Shown here: positions 14,100 through 26,775 of the stretch, one piece after another
How positions within the stretch are numbered: the first letter of the stretch is position 1
Layout: each line of letters opens with the position of its first letter
DNA from: the human T2T-CHM13v2.0 reference genome, Homo sapiens
DNA: 64,000 nucleotides
Reading direction: 5' to 3' (one strand)
NCBI RefSeq assembly: GCF_009914755.1
Contig: NC_060944.1
The notes under the pieces: model-generated
Seen by the model: only the letters and a program-made list of their open reading frames with translations
Told to the model about the DNA's origin: nothing
Database searches by the model: none
Translations under genes and position numbers: made by a program

Positions 14100-15039
14100 T
14101 GCAGTTTTAATACATAATTCCAAATATTTTCCTCTTCTCTTATTCAGAGGTGGAGATTATATTCCCTTCCCTCAAGTCTAAGTGGACTTGTAACTGATTG
14201 AACCCATAGAATTCAGTAGAAGGGACACTATGTGACTTCTTCCAAGGCTCAATTATAAAAGGCCATGCAACTTCTGCCTGGTTCTCTGGGAACACTCACA
14301 CTTGGTGTATTAGTCCATTTTCATACTTCTATAAAGAAATACCTGAGACTGGGTAATTTATAAATAAAAGAGTTTTAATTGAATCACAGTTTTGCTTGGC
14401 TGGGGAGGCCTCAGGAACCTTACAATCATGATGGAAAGCAAAGGGGAAGCAGGTGCTTTCTTCACAAGATGGCAGGATAGAGATGGAGGGAGAGCAGGGA
14501 AAACTGCCTTATAAGACCATCAGATCTCATGAGACCTTACACAGTATCACAATAACAGCATGGGGGAAAACCACCACCATGATCCAGTCACCTCCCACTG
14601 GATCTCTCCCTTGACACGAAGAGATTACAATTTGAGATGAGATTTGTGTGGGGACACAGAGCCAAACTATGACACTTGGAGTCCTGGGCCAGTAAGAAGG
14701 GTGACTATCCTGAGACCAGCATGCTGGAGTGGTCATGGGTACGTGCTTCAGCAGCAGCACCAGCTGAACTAGTTCTTCAGCCATGCCAGCCCAGACATTA
14801 AGCACAGGAGTAAAGAAGCATCTTAGAAATGGATCCACTGTTTCCAACCCAGCTGTTCAAGTTATCCCAGCCATTCATGGAATTCCAGCCAAGGCACCAG
14901 ACATCATACCAGGGGAAAACTGTCCTTCTGTGCCCTTCCCAAATTCCTGATTCTCCAAATCCGTAAGCTTACTAAAATGGATGTTTTTTGCTATTAAGTT
15001 GTGTGATTGTTTGTTACACAGCCATAGCCAACTTGAACA
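14100..15039 (+). mobile_element. MLT1G/H-like MaLR LTR (split by THE1), itself inside a MIR
   Basis: gacactatgtgacttc...aaaaggccatgcaacttctgcctggttctctgg...cccaaattcctga...ttgttacacagccatag...aaca; MIR halves at ~14003-14099 and ~15040-15150. Confidence 0.75.
14306..14674 (-). mobile_element. THE1 (C/D-like) MaLR solo LTR
   Basis: tgtattagtccatttt...gggacacagagccaaactatgaca; perfect 5-bp TSD CTTGG at 14301-14305 and 14675-14679. Confidence 0.92.
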
Positions 15040-15643
15040 TTCTCTAAGCCTCAGTTTCTCTATCTGTGAAATGGTGCCAGGAATGGTGTCTGCCCTATAG
15101 AGTTTTTTTGAGGAATAAATAATTGCTGTGCATCTAGTACACCATAATCACTCAGATGCTGGTGATTATTACTATCATCACCTTCATCTCATTTAACTGA
15201 AAAACATATGAGTTAAATCTTTTTGATGAATATCTCCTAGTTAATTGTTGTGCAAACTGTCTCTTCTAATTAGATGAATAAAAGTTATTGATGAAAAAGA
15301 TGAGCCCAACTTTTAACTAAAAATAATATGTCTATAAGGTATCAGAATGTCATCAGTTCTTTAAAAATGCAAAAACAGGTTTGGTAAGTGTTTCTGTGGT
15401 GGGAGGGGGCGATATCTATATGCATCTGTGACTTCATGTTTGCTTTACATTCTTCTCCATGCATATGTTTGCAAAATAATTGACAGAGGCATTACAAAGG
15501 GCAAAGGGATCGTGTGTATGTACACATGCCTGCACTCACAGCTTCTATAGTAGTTGAAGTACCCAAAGTGGTAACTGACACTCCGATTAGTCAGCTTCAT
15601 CATTCCCTTCCAAGCCTAAATGCTTTTATTTTCTCATCCACAG

Positions 15644-15660
15644 ATCGATATGGCTGGCAA
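15644..15660 (+). other. Candidate 17-nt microexon
   Basis: tgcttttattttctcatccacAG | ATCGATATGGCTGGCAA | GTAAGT in repeat-free sequence; no transcript evidence available. Confidence 0.3.
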
Positions 15661-16779
15661 GTAAGTGTCTGTCTGCCACGTCAGGACAGTGAGACCCTTG
15701 CAGGTCAGATGACCTTAGCCCCTCCTGCGAGTCCTCAAGCCCAGCCACGCTGAGCAGGTGTCTGAGAAGTGGGCCAGACCACACTTGAGCATCCAGCCGT
15801 CAGCGTACAAAATCAGATCTGATCGGCCTGCGGAAGATAAATGAGCTGGAGTCCCCCCAGCCCCAGATTTGGTCATCTCTTTATGAGCTCTGAAGGGCCT
15901 ATTAGCAGATCTGATGAGTGCTGGGGGAGATGAAGTCGGCCTCGAACAACGTTAGCTGGCAGAATCAAATCATTCCCAATCCCCCTAGGGAGAAGGAGAT
16001 GGGCTGGCTTTCAGAGGCAGCGTCCTCTCATCTCCATTGCCTATAAGGTTTATATGAACACTCAGTTGGGGGAAGAAAAAACGCTAAGCCCTTTTTTTTT
16101 CCGGTAGAATCGACTAAGAATTTCCTCATATATCTAATAGCTTCTCCTCAGGCAATTTGATGTCCCTGCTTAGACAGGTGCTCTCTCATTTTCCCTCTCA
16201 GAGTCTCAGCTTAGGAGGGAGCTGCACCACTCAGAAGGGCCAGCTGAAGCCAGCTCCCTTGTCACCCTCTCTGAGCCCTGCATCCCACTCAGCTAGAAAT
16301 TGGACCAGCCTTCAGGGTGCCGAGTGGAGCCTCTTCTGTGAGGCCGGGCGGCTTGGTGGGAGCCACAGGGCAGGGGATCAGAAGTTCAGTTCTTGGTAGC
16401 TGGATGACAGTGGGCAATTAATACTATGCAGCCATAGTGAACTCCTCTGTAAAATGAGACAGCAGATTTTGTCCGGACTTGGCAGTGTGAAGATTAAATG
16501 GAATCACAGGTATCCAGCTGATGAGATGCTCATTGAAGGACCCTTTCCTTTCTCTCATTCAGCATTAACAGGCAGTCTGCCTTTCCAGGCCCAAGAAAGG
16601 GGTATCTGGAAGAGGCAAATAGCAACCCCAGGGGCTTCAACAGCTTATTAGAAGCATGAAAAGGAAGATAATTAAATCTAGGGCAGACTTTGAAGAGAAG
16701 GAAACATCTTCCCAAAGAAAAGAAAACTGCAAGCTGATAAATATTTTATTCCTTACCCCCGCATCTGGGATAACATGAA

Positions 16780-16970
16780 ATAGACCAAAGAAGACTTAGG
16801 TGTGAATCCTGACTTAGTAATTGTGTGTCCTTGGCCTGGTCACTTACCCTCTTGGATTCTCAGTTTCTACATCTGTAAAATAGGAACAATCAGGCTATTT
16901 ATGTTGTAAGGAAAGTATGCAAAAGTGCCTAAAAGAGTAGCTGACACCTAGGATCAGGTTTGCCCCAAGT
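16780..16970 (+). mobile_element. MIR SINE
   Basis: gtgtgtccttggcctggtcacttaccctc...ctcagtttctacatctgtaaaatagg. Confidence 0.75.
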
Positions 16971-16990
16971 ATCAGTTACCTTCTCCCTTA

Positions 16991-17293
16991 TTTTCTTTTT
17001 TTTTTTTTTTTGAGACGAAGTCTTGCTCTGTCGCCCAGGCTGGAGTGCAGTGGCGCGATCTCCGCTCACTGCAAGCTCCGCCTCCTGGGTTCATGCCATT
17101 CTCCTGCCTCACCCTCCTGAGTGGCTGGGACTACAGGCGCCTGCCACCAAGCCTGGCTAATTTTTTTGTATTTTTGGTAGAGATGGGGTTTCACTGTGTT
17201 AGTCAGGATGGTCTCGATCTCCTGACCTTGTGATCTACCCGCCTCGGCCTCCCGAAGTGCTGGGATTACAGGCATGAGCCACCATGCCTGACC
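16991..17293 (-). mobile_element. AluY SINE
   Basis: Y diagnostics in reverse: gcaagctccgcctcc, ttcatgccattctcc, caggatggtctcgatctcctgaccttgtgatc. Confidence 0.95.
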
Positions 17294-17475
17294 CCTTCTT
17301 TTCTTATTTGTCTGCACAACTTGCAACTGATTGCCTACCTGCCTTGCCTCACAGTTCTGTGTGTCTGTCCCTGTGAACTCTCACATTATCCTTCCTCTGT
17401 GGTAAGGCTACTCATCTCTGGCTGCCTTCTTGCTCAATATTTTTTTCTTCTCTGTAGGGCAGGCAGCTCTCGTAA

Positions 17476-17780
<305 letters not shown>

Positions 17781-17914
17781 CTTGACATTGTGATGATTTT
17801 TTGTCTGTCTGACCACCCTACTTGACTGCAAGCTCCATGAAGTTGGGGGCTGTCTGTTACTGACTAAATAACATTTTAATAAAAGTTTTAAATATTGCTT
17901 TTTAAATAAATTGA

Positions 17915-18730
17915 GAGACCCTTGCACACTAAGTGCAGTGCCAAGGTATACAATTGAGGAGAGAGAATGGGACAAAAAAGAAGCTGCCCTCTGAGGACTT
18001 AAAGCCTTCCTTTGTGGGAGACAAAAAACAAAGCCAAAATATAAGTAAATTAAAAGATAATTAATGTCTGTAACATGTCCTTACAAGGACAGAAACCAAC
18101 AGGCTGAGATGAGAGAAACTGGAGGAAGTCACTTTAGGCAGGACCAGCTTTCAAAAGAGGCTCCATTCATGGAGGCCATCGCATAAGACACATGGATGAC
18201 ATGAGGAATGAAGATGAACCATCTTTCCCGAAAGTCAGGAAAAGAGAATTCCTTCAGGCAGAGGGAATAGCATACACAAAGATCCTGAGTCAGAGAAGAG
18301 CTTGGTGGGTTTTTGAGCTGAAAAGAAGTTTCTGTATCAGAGGGAAGCAAATGGCAGGGAGAGCCACGTCTGGTAAACACAAGGAATGAGACAAGGAGTA
18401 GGTCACAGAGCTCAGCAGAACAAAATCAGGTGTTTAGACTAGGTGTCAGCAAACGGTGGCTGTTTTTATAAATAGTGCCTATTTTTGTAAATAGTGTTTT
18501 ATTAGAACACAGCCACACTCATTCATAGGCACATTGTCTATGGCTGCTTTCAAGGTGCCATGTCAGAATTGAATAGTTGCTACAGATACCTCATTGCCCA
18601 CAAAACCTAAACTATGTTCTATCATGCCCTTTACAAAAAAAAAGAAGTTTGCTGGCCCTTGGTTTAGATTATGCAACAAGAAGTCAGTTTGAAGGGCTTT
18701 TAACTGAGGAGAGATGTGATCTGATTAGAC
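17915..18730 (-). mobile_element. L2 LINE fragment interrupted by MER58A
   Basis: agagaattccttcaggcagagggaatagcatacacaaagatcctgag...gaagggcttttaactgaggagagatgtgatctgatt. Confidence 0.65.
18440..18661 (+). mobile_element. MER58A hAT-Charlie MITE
   Basis: tcagcaaac...ttttattagaacacagccacactcattc...agtttgctggcccttg; 8-bp TSD gtttagac/gtttagat. Confidence 0.88.
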
Positions 18731-19515
18731 ACTCAGAACAGTGCCTGGCACACACCAGTTTCTCAAATGTGTTCCTTGAATGAATGAGTGGATGCTTAGA
18801 TGAATAACGCTTCATTATCCACAACCATATAATATTATCCCCTCTGTTAGCACAAATAATCGGAGGGTTTACAGGACTGAGTGGGAGCCTCCCATCCATC
18901 CAGGCAGACTACGTTTTCCACAGTGCTAACAGCTGACGGATACTTAGAAAATTGAATGTTTTATGCAGCTTCAGATTGGAAATAGCAGTGTGGTTTTCAC
19001 CACAGGGAACCCTCTTAATGTAAATCCAACCCAATTACACACACACAGGCAGGCGCCAAATTTGCAGCAAGACTGAGTTTCGCCCAGCAGCAAATGAAGC
19101 ACAGCTCCAGAGAGGAAAGAGAGGTCTGTCAGCGAGGGTGTGGGAGCTGCAGAAGGCACCTCAACCCTAAGGGCCACTGCTGTGTGTGACTCATGTGTGG
19201 AGGGTGCTGGGTAGCTTAAAGAGCCTGAAAGAAAAAGGATGAAGTGGCTTATGCAAATGTACAGCAAGCTGCATTCTGCAATTGCAAAATCATGAATAGG
19301 GGAAATTGCTGGAAAATCAAAAGTAACTTTTGCCCCCAGAGGGTCCTTCCTTTGACCAGTTACAGAGATGACCAAAGCCTTAGAGAAAGAGACTGAGCTT
19401 TTAAAATAACAAATAATTGCAATGAGCTTTGTGAGATACGCGCAAGATTAGATATATGAAATAATGAGGTGGAGAGATCAAACACAAGAACTGGTTAAAT
19501 TAAATATCTGCTTTG

Positions 19516-19812
<297 letters not shown>

Positions 19813-19974
19813 TTCTGCTTTGTGGTCAGGGTCCCATATCACCACCAACCAACCATGTAGCCGCCCTATCGGGGTAATGCCTCTGAGCACTGGAGGGTCC
19901 TCCATTTAACACCCCCTCCCACAATATAGACATGGGGGCATTTGCCACCATTTGCTATGTATTCAGAGGTCCCC

Positions 19975-20640
19975 TGAAGTCCAAAATCAAGGTGTGGGCA
20001 GGACAATGCTTTCACTAAAGGTTCTCCAGAAAGATCCTTCCTTGTCTTTTTCTAGCTTCATTTTTTTTTTTAATTTTTTATTTCTAATTTTTGTGGATAT
20101 TGAGTAGGTATATATATTTATGGGGTGTCTGAGATGTTTTCACACAGGCATGCAATGCGTAATAATCACATCATGAAAAATGGAGTATCCATCACCTCAA
20201 ACATTTATCCTTTGTGTTACAAACAATTCAATTATACTCTTTTACTTACTTTAAAATGTACAATTAAGTTATTAGTGTCTATAGTTACGCTGTTGTGCTA
20301 TCAGATATTAGATCTTATTTATTCTAACTGTTTTTGTACCTATTCTTTCCCTAGTTTCTAATAGGGGCAGCAATCCTTGGTATTCCTTGGTTTGCAACCA
20401 CATCACTCCAACCTCTGTCTCCATTGTCATGCATTCTTCTCCCTGCAGATCTCTGTGTCCAAATCACCTCTTCTTGTAAGGATACCAGTCATTGGATTAG
20501 GGTTCACTCTAGTCCAGTATGATGTCCTCTGAACTTGAATACATCTGCAAAGACCCTATTTCCTAATTAAGTCATTTTCACAGGTGCCATAGGTTAAGAT
20601 TTGAACATATCTTTTGGGACCACAAAGTTTTACCCTCTGT
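19975..20640 (-). mobile_element. MLT1B/C-like MaLR LTR interrupted by an L1 3' fragment
   Basis: gaagtccaaaatcaaggtgtgggcagg...taaggataccagtcattggattaggg...tacatctgcaaagaccctatttcc. Confidence 0.8.
20061..20341 (-). mobile_element. L1MA2/3-like 5'-truncated 3' end
   Basis: Poly-T then taggtatatatatttatgggg...caggcatgcaatgcgtaataatcacatc; degenerate TSD tctttttctagcttc / tctttccctagtttc. Confidence 0.85.
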
Positions 20641-21454
20641 AGAGCTGTAAGCTGAGGTCCTATGGAGGGAAGAACCCATGGCATGGATTTGGCATTGTTC
20701 CCGCCGGCTGGAGAGGGTACCTGGAGAAGGCAGCCATACTCCCTCTTGAGTGAAGGCCCTGGGAGTAGGTGATCTAAGTGTCCACTCATAATGAAAACCA
20801 GAGCTCAGAAGACTGGAAGTCTAACCCAATACAACTGCTTGCCACCAAAAACACCCTATTCTCCAGAGGTCTCTGTGTCAGCCTTTTCCCCCAGCACTTC
20901 CCCAGACAAACACTTCCCTCTCTACCTCTTGTCTACTCTGAGTCTCTGTCATTTGGACTTTGGCCTCTAGATTCCCCTTCTTCTCCAGTCTGCCAGCCTT
21001 CCACCCATATCAGAGGCCAATTCTCCTCTTTTCCTTCTGTGGCCTTTTGGTCACATGAAAGAGACTAGTTAATACTCAAAATCTGAGCCCAAACTGATTG
21101 CCCTTCATCGAAGTTAGGAACTGCTGTGCTAATAATGATGATGATAATAATAATAATAACGGACTAATCCACATTCCTGGGGTGAAGATATTTTTCTTCC
21201 ATCTTAGAGAAAGCCCCCTTCTGCCCAGGAAACATCTGGCCAAGTTTCTAATGTAGCAAATAAAAATAGGTTGAAAGTCACAGCAATGGAAGTTGGAAGT
21301 TCCTCTGTCCTTCAAACCTTTGTCAATCAGTGTGATCAGTCCCTAAACTCTGTAATCTTGTACTGGAAAGTGGTTTCCTGATAGGCCTATCATCTAATTT
21401 TAAATAAAAAACATTCACTCGAGACTAAGGATTCAGAAAAAGTCGTCTGCCTCA

Positions 21455-21620
21455 ACATGTCCCAAACTATAACGTACATCAGATCACCTGGGGATCTCGT
21501 TAAAATGCAGAGTCTGATTCAGCAGGTTCTGGATGGGATTTGAGAGTCTACATTTCTAACAGGATCCTACATGATGATGCTGATGTTGGTCCCCTTACCA
21601 CAGCTTGGGTATCAAGGGTC
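21455..21620. mobile_element. MER5-family hAT MITE
   Basis: catcagatcacctggggatctcgttaaaatgcagagtctgattcagcagg...catttctaacag. Confidence 0.75.
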
Positions 21621-22734
21621 TACATAAGCCCTGTGGAAAGAGGATAATTGCTTATCCAGAGCAATGTGTGTTCCAGTCAGAAGACCACTTGTAATGCTGC
21701 TCTGTTTTAGGCAATATAGGAAATCATCCAAGACAAGTAAAAATTAACTCTTGGGCATTCATTGTATTGTAGAAAGCTACCTTCTTCATGAACAAAAAGT
21801 AAGGGCTTATAAATATATTTGTGTTATCCTATATTGGCAGCCATGCCAACCAAGTTTCTGCCCCACATATATCTTTATGAAAAACTATATTACTAGAGAA
21901 ATAAAGATTTTGTGATTTCACAATAGACCTGATTATGGCAGAAAGTGGGAGAAAGGTTTTATGCAAAGTTTTATGTACATGCAATTGCATTTAACCCTTG
22001 CTACAAGCCAACAGGAAAAGTGAAGAAACAGAGGTCCCAGAAAGTTCCCTCCAAAATTGGCTCTGAGCTCCAAAATTATTTCTTGAAACACATTGGCCTT
22101 CATGGTCTCTGTTAATTGATTCCCCACTGGTTTTTCATCATTGATGCTAAGGCCCACGTTGTCCATGTAGAGACTCAATATGAGTCAAACAAAAATAAGT
22201 TTGCATCCTTGCTGTCTCCTTACACCTCAACTTACTCCCATTAAGGCTGAAGATATTGTCCAGACCACTCCACAGAGCTGATGGGAGACTCCACCTAAGG
22301 AGAAACTGCCCTGCAGGGCCCCTGGAGGGAGACACTCAATGCCAATTCATTTTCCCTTCACCCTACAGTGGAATCAGAAGGAAGGGATGACAGAAACCTA
22401 AAATCACCCATCCTGGGGTCCCCGGAGATCCACTGCCCACTCATTTCCTGCATGTGCCAACTTCCTCTCCACGGAGTCCAGTTACAAGGCTTCTCACCCA
22501 TGACAGCAGGGCAGGGAGTGGCCAGGGCTGAAATAAAATAGTGACTAACTTCTGAATAAACCACCGGGGTGCCTGGATTGGGACCTCCACCCCATCCTAT
22601 AACTCCCTGACCTCTTATGGGTGGAGGTGGAGGGGAAATGACCAACAGAAACTGACTTAAGCATATCTGAGGTAGCTAAAAATGCTAATTCCTTCAAAAC
22701 CTGTACATGGCATGGTTTTCCACTGAAGACCTCA

Positions 22735-22930
22735 GCTCTGGAACCTGATTTAGAATTCTGGCATTACCTTTTCTAGGTGTATGACCTGAGGCAAGGTGAC
22801 CCTCTCTATACCTCAGTTTCCTCATCCATAAACCTCATAAAGTTATTATAAGGTGCAAATGAATTCATGTTTGCACCTACTTAAGTCTTTGGCTCATAGT
22901 AAGCATTCAATAAATAATAGCGGTACTATT
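22735..22930 (+). mobile_element. MIR SINE
   Basis: tgtatgacctgaggcaag...cctcagtttcctcatccataaa...tggctcatagtaagcattcaataaat. Confidence 0.75.
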
Positions 22931-25900
22931 ATTTATGTTTTATTAATACCATTGACAGTTCCCCCTGCCAATATAGCTTACCTCCTTTTTCCTCATAATA
23001 GGATTTAGAGAATCAGACACTGTTCAACACTATAGTTGTTGTTTTTTCTTTAATCCCCTAGTAAGTACAGTCAGAATCCCAGGGTGTTCAGTTGAAATAA
23101 CCACTGAAAGTAAATTCCCTAGAGCCCTGGAACAGGCCAGTCTTGGACAGAGTAATAAGCAGGTCTGATCTTAAATGCTAAATCTCATAGGAATGTGTAT
23201 GTTCCAGGATCGTGGTGTTGAGAACGAGTCCAAGGTCCTACTTAGATTCAATGGCAAAAACAAACAAACAAACAAAGATGCTGCGAATGACTGGTGATGA
23301 ATGACATGGCTACATGAGAAATTCACAACAAACAAAATATGCTACTCACTTTGCTTTCCATGGTGGTGTGGGGGACAGAGAACCAGCCTTTGAGTCAAAA
23401 GAGTTAGATTCAAATTCTGACTCTGCCTCTTAATGGAAGGTCCAGTATTAGAAAAGTAACCTAACATTCTGGGTCTTGATCCACTTATTTTTACGAGCAG
23501 TGGCTGCTCTCATTATGTTATGAAAATAAAGCTTTAGACACAGAATAAAGAATAGTAGTATCAATATCCTCTCTCTCCTCCCCACTCTCCCATTCCCCTT
23601 CGATCTTTCTTCCTATCTTTTTCTTTCTTCCTTTTTTCCTTTCTTCACACTGGCTAGTCTTCCCATTCTTTCTTTCTCTGCTTTCCCTGTTGGCCCGTGC
23701 TCATAAAATTTCGCCTTGGACAGGAGCACTTCAGCCCTTGCCCCAGAGCCCATGTATTGACCCCCAGTTCCAAATCTACAAAATCAAGGAATCACAATAA
23801 GAGTGGAATTCCCTAAGCAACTTTGCACCCCAAAATCAATCAATCAGTAAATCAGTTTGGTAAAGCTTAATTCCTCAAAGCTTCTGGTAGGTATTCTGGA
23901 AAAGCGATAAACCATTTAATCACCACCACTGATTAAGCTCCTTCTATATGCCACCCCTGTTTTGGTCATTGAGGATACAGAAATGAAAGAGATCGTCTTG
24001 TGCTGAAAATGTGGAGTAACTAAAGTACCTTAGGGACTGATAGCAGGATTGCTAGCAGAGGTCACAGCTGAATTGACCCTTACAATTTATTTCAGCAGAG
24101 CGGTGAGATAGTATACGCAAGGCACAGGGACGCCCAAGCAGAAAAACATGAAATCTCAGAGGTGTGTGCATTCTACCACCACCAATTCCCCCTTGAAGTG
24201 CCTTCTTCCCACTCCTGCGACCAACCTTCCCTTTACCCACACTCCATTTCTTGGAATACCCTCTATGCTCCATCCCATGATCCAGGCTTATGCTCCTCAC
24301 ACTGGTTACCTCCCCCAATATGAGTTACTTAGCCTGTGTCTACTAATCTCTGGTCTAACTGCCATATAATCCACCAACCCAGTTCAGCGAATTTCAAAGA
24401 ATAACCCAAAGGGAACACCCATATCAGAATCTCTTAGACAGCTTATTACAAATGCAGTGGCCAATGCCCCACCCATGATTTTCTGAATCAGAATGGGGAG
24501 GAAGGAGTAAAAAAGGAGTCTACATTTCCACAAGACCCCTCATTGACTCTACTACACACTCAAGATTAAGAACTACAGATCTCCTTCTTGCTGAGGTGAC
24601 ACTAGCTGATAACAGCCTATCCTTCCTGCGAATTTACTGAGCACCTGCTATAACTGGGCATTCTGTGAGAACATTTTGCATATATCATCTCTTTGAAAGT
24701 TATTGTGTTATTAATTGGTGCACTGGTATAAGCCAGGCCCAAATATTTTTAAATTTAATTCTCCCAACAACTGCACTGAACAAGAATGAACTCTGTAAGG
24801 CGTTCCTTCTTCTTATATAGTTTGAAGCTGGAAAGCAACACAAATAGCTCTGTTGTGTACATATCCTGTACCCCAGAGACTGACCTTGTGGATCGATCCA
24901 TCCAGTATGAACAAAGAGCAGAGAAGAAAGAAATTCACCCACAGTGATGTGGGTTGAGTGGGCACAAAAGGACTCAGATATTATCCCCTGAACTTTCATT
25001 TCAGCCTGTGAGCCTGTGTCTTTGACAAATGAAACAGTCAGATAATGAAAGAGAATATTCTTAGCAAACTTCTGCTTCTACATGTAGGGTATAGGGTATG
25101 AGTTATGCTACAGGGTTCTTGACTAAGACAGACTTGAGTTTAAAACAAAGCTCTATCACTGTTCGTATGTGAGATTTTGAGTGAGTCAGGTGAGATACAG
25201 ATGATATGGGATCTACCCAAAAGGGCTTTGGGGAATTCAAAGAGATAGTACATGCAGCATTTTCAACACAAAGTATCATGAGGATGAACGTGGGCTTTGT
25301 GGCCCCCACTCTAATATTCACACCCAGCCACACTTCTGTCTGTGCTCAAAGAATCCCCAAGCCAAGACACCCTGTGCATTTTAGCAGAACCTCATCATCT
25401 GCTTTCTCTTGTCTTTGTGTTCTCCTGAAGCTCAGAATTTCTCAGCAGGAAGGTGAACTGCCAGACAAGAGGCCCTCATCGCTTGGGGATCATCATGAAT
25501 TGACAGAAATCCCCGGGGAGTGCCCAGCACAGCATTAAGAGGGTTTCAAGAGCTGGGGACAGAATGAGGGTGATGGGGAGGCAGCTCTCGCTAATGGGCT
25601 GCCTTCAGCCTGGCTTTATGGAAATTACAACACTGAGCCTCACGGACCTGGGCAAGAGGACCGCTTCTGAGTGAGTGGGTTGGGGAGGGGTTCGGCTGCT
25701 TCCATTGTGGATGGAAGAGCCTGGCTGAGCTGAAAGGGGAGCTGAGAGATCTGCCAGGATGGGACAAAGATCTCCTTGCATTTGCCAACAAAGCACATCC
25801 TCCACCTCCAGCCCCTTCATACACACAAACACCACCCCGGGTTATAAGAGTGATCCTTATCCATGATGTCAGGGACCTCACCCACCTCATTTTCCTCTCT

Positions 25901-26094
25901 AACCATCTCAAAGAATAGTTATTGAATGAATGAATGAATCAATGAGTCAATGAATCAATGCATGAATTTAAAGAACCCGAAGGACCATCAGCCTTGTTTT
26001 CAGAAGAAATCTCTCAGTTCTGAAATATCAAATGGGATGGTCTTCTCACATATCGTTGGGAAAAACTAAAGAATATTGATGCCTTCTCTTTGAG

Positions 26095-26310
26095 TGTCAA
26101 GAGCTCCATCTAGGACACTTAAGCATGTTCTTTCATTTAATCTCCTCCTGACAACTCTATGAGGTGTATATTCCTACCTTCATTTTGCTCAAAGGAGCCT
26201 AACCTGACACAGAGAGGCTAAGTGACATGTCTATAATCACACAGGAAGAAGTAGCAGGGCTGGGTTATGAACTCATGATGCTCTGATGTCAAGGCTGGTA
26301 CTTATTTCCA
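26095..26310 (-). mobile_element. MIR SINE
   Basis: tcatttaatctcc...acaactctatgaggt...acagagaggctaagtgac...gggctgggttatgaactc. Confidence 0.75.
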
Positions 26311-26464
26311 CTCTGTCTCCTCAAGGCTCTGTATATTCCTGTGACCATCTTACAGTCACTGGGATTTATTGTGTCCTTCTCATCTATTTATACCTCAGAG
26401 GAAATTAAAAGCATCATGTTTTTCTTTGTACTATTGAACCATTTTCACCTAATTAAAGCTAGAT

Positions 26465-26775
26465 AAACTCTATCCAATAGAAATATAATGCCAGCTAAAC
26501 ATGCACGTTTACATTTCCTAGTGGACACATTTAAAAAATTGCAAATAGAAACAGGTAACCTCAAGTTTAATAATATATTTTATTTAACCCATTGTATTCA
26601 AAATATTGTCATTTCAACATGTAACCAATACAAAAATCAAATCATGATGTAATTAACATTATTTTGTGCTTTGAAATTCAGAGTGTGCTTCATACTTAGA
26701 GCATGTTTCAAATTAAGCCACATTTCAAGTTCTCATAGGCACGTGAGCCTGGTGGCTGCCATATTGGACAGAGAA
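26465..26775. mobile_element. MER33-like hAT-Charlie element
   Basis: tccaatagaaatataatg...ttatttaaccc...gccacatttcaagttctc...gtggctgccatattggacag. Confidence 0.8.

Noticed and set aside
18971-19375. 134-aa minus-strand ORF (also 34982-35386, 134 aa)
   Set aside because: Non-ATG starts, no domain similarity; the second begins inside an LTR16 element.
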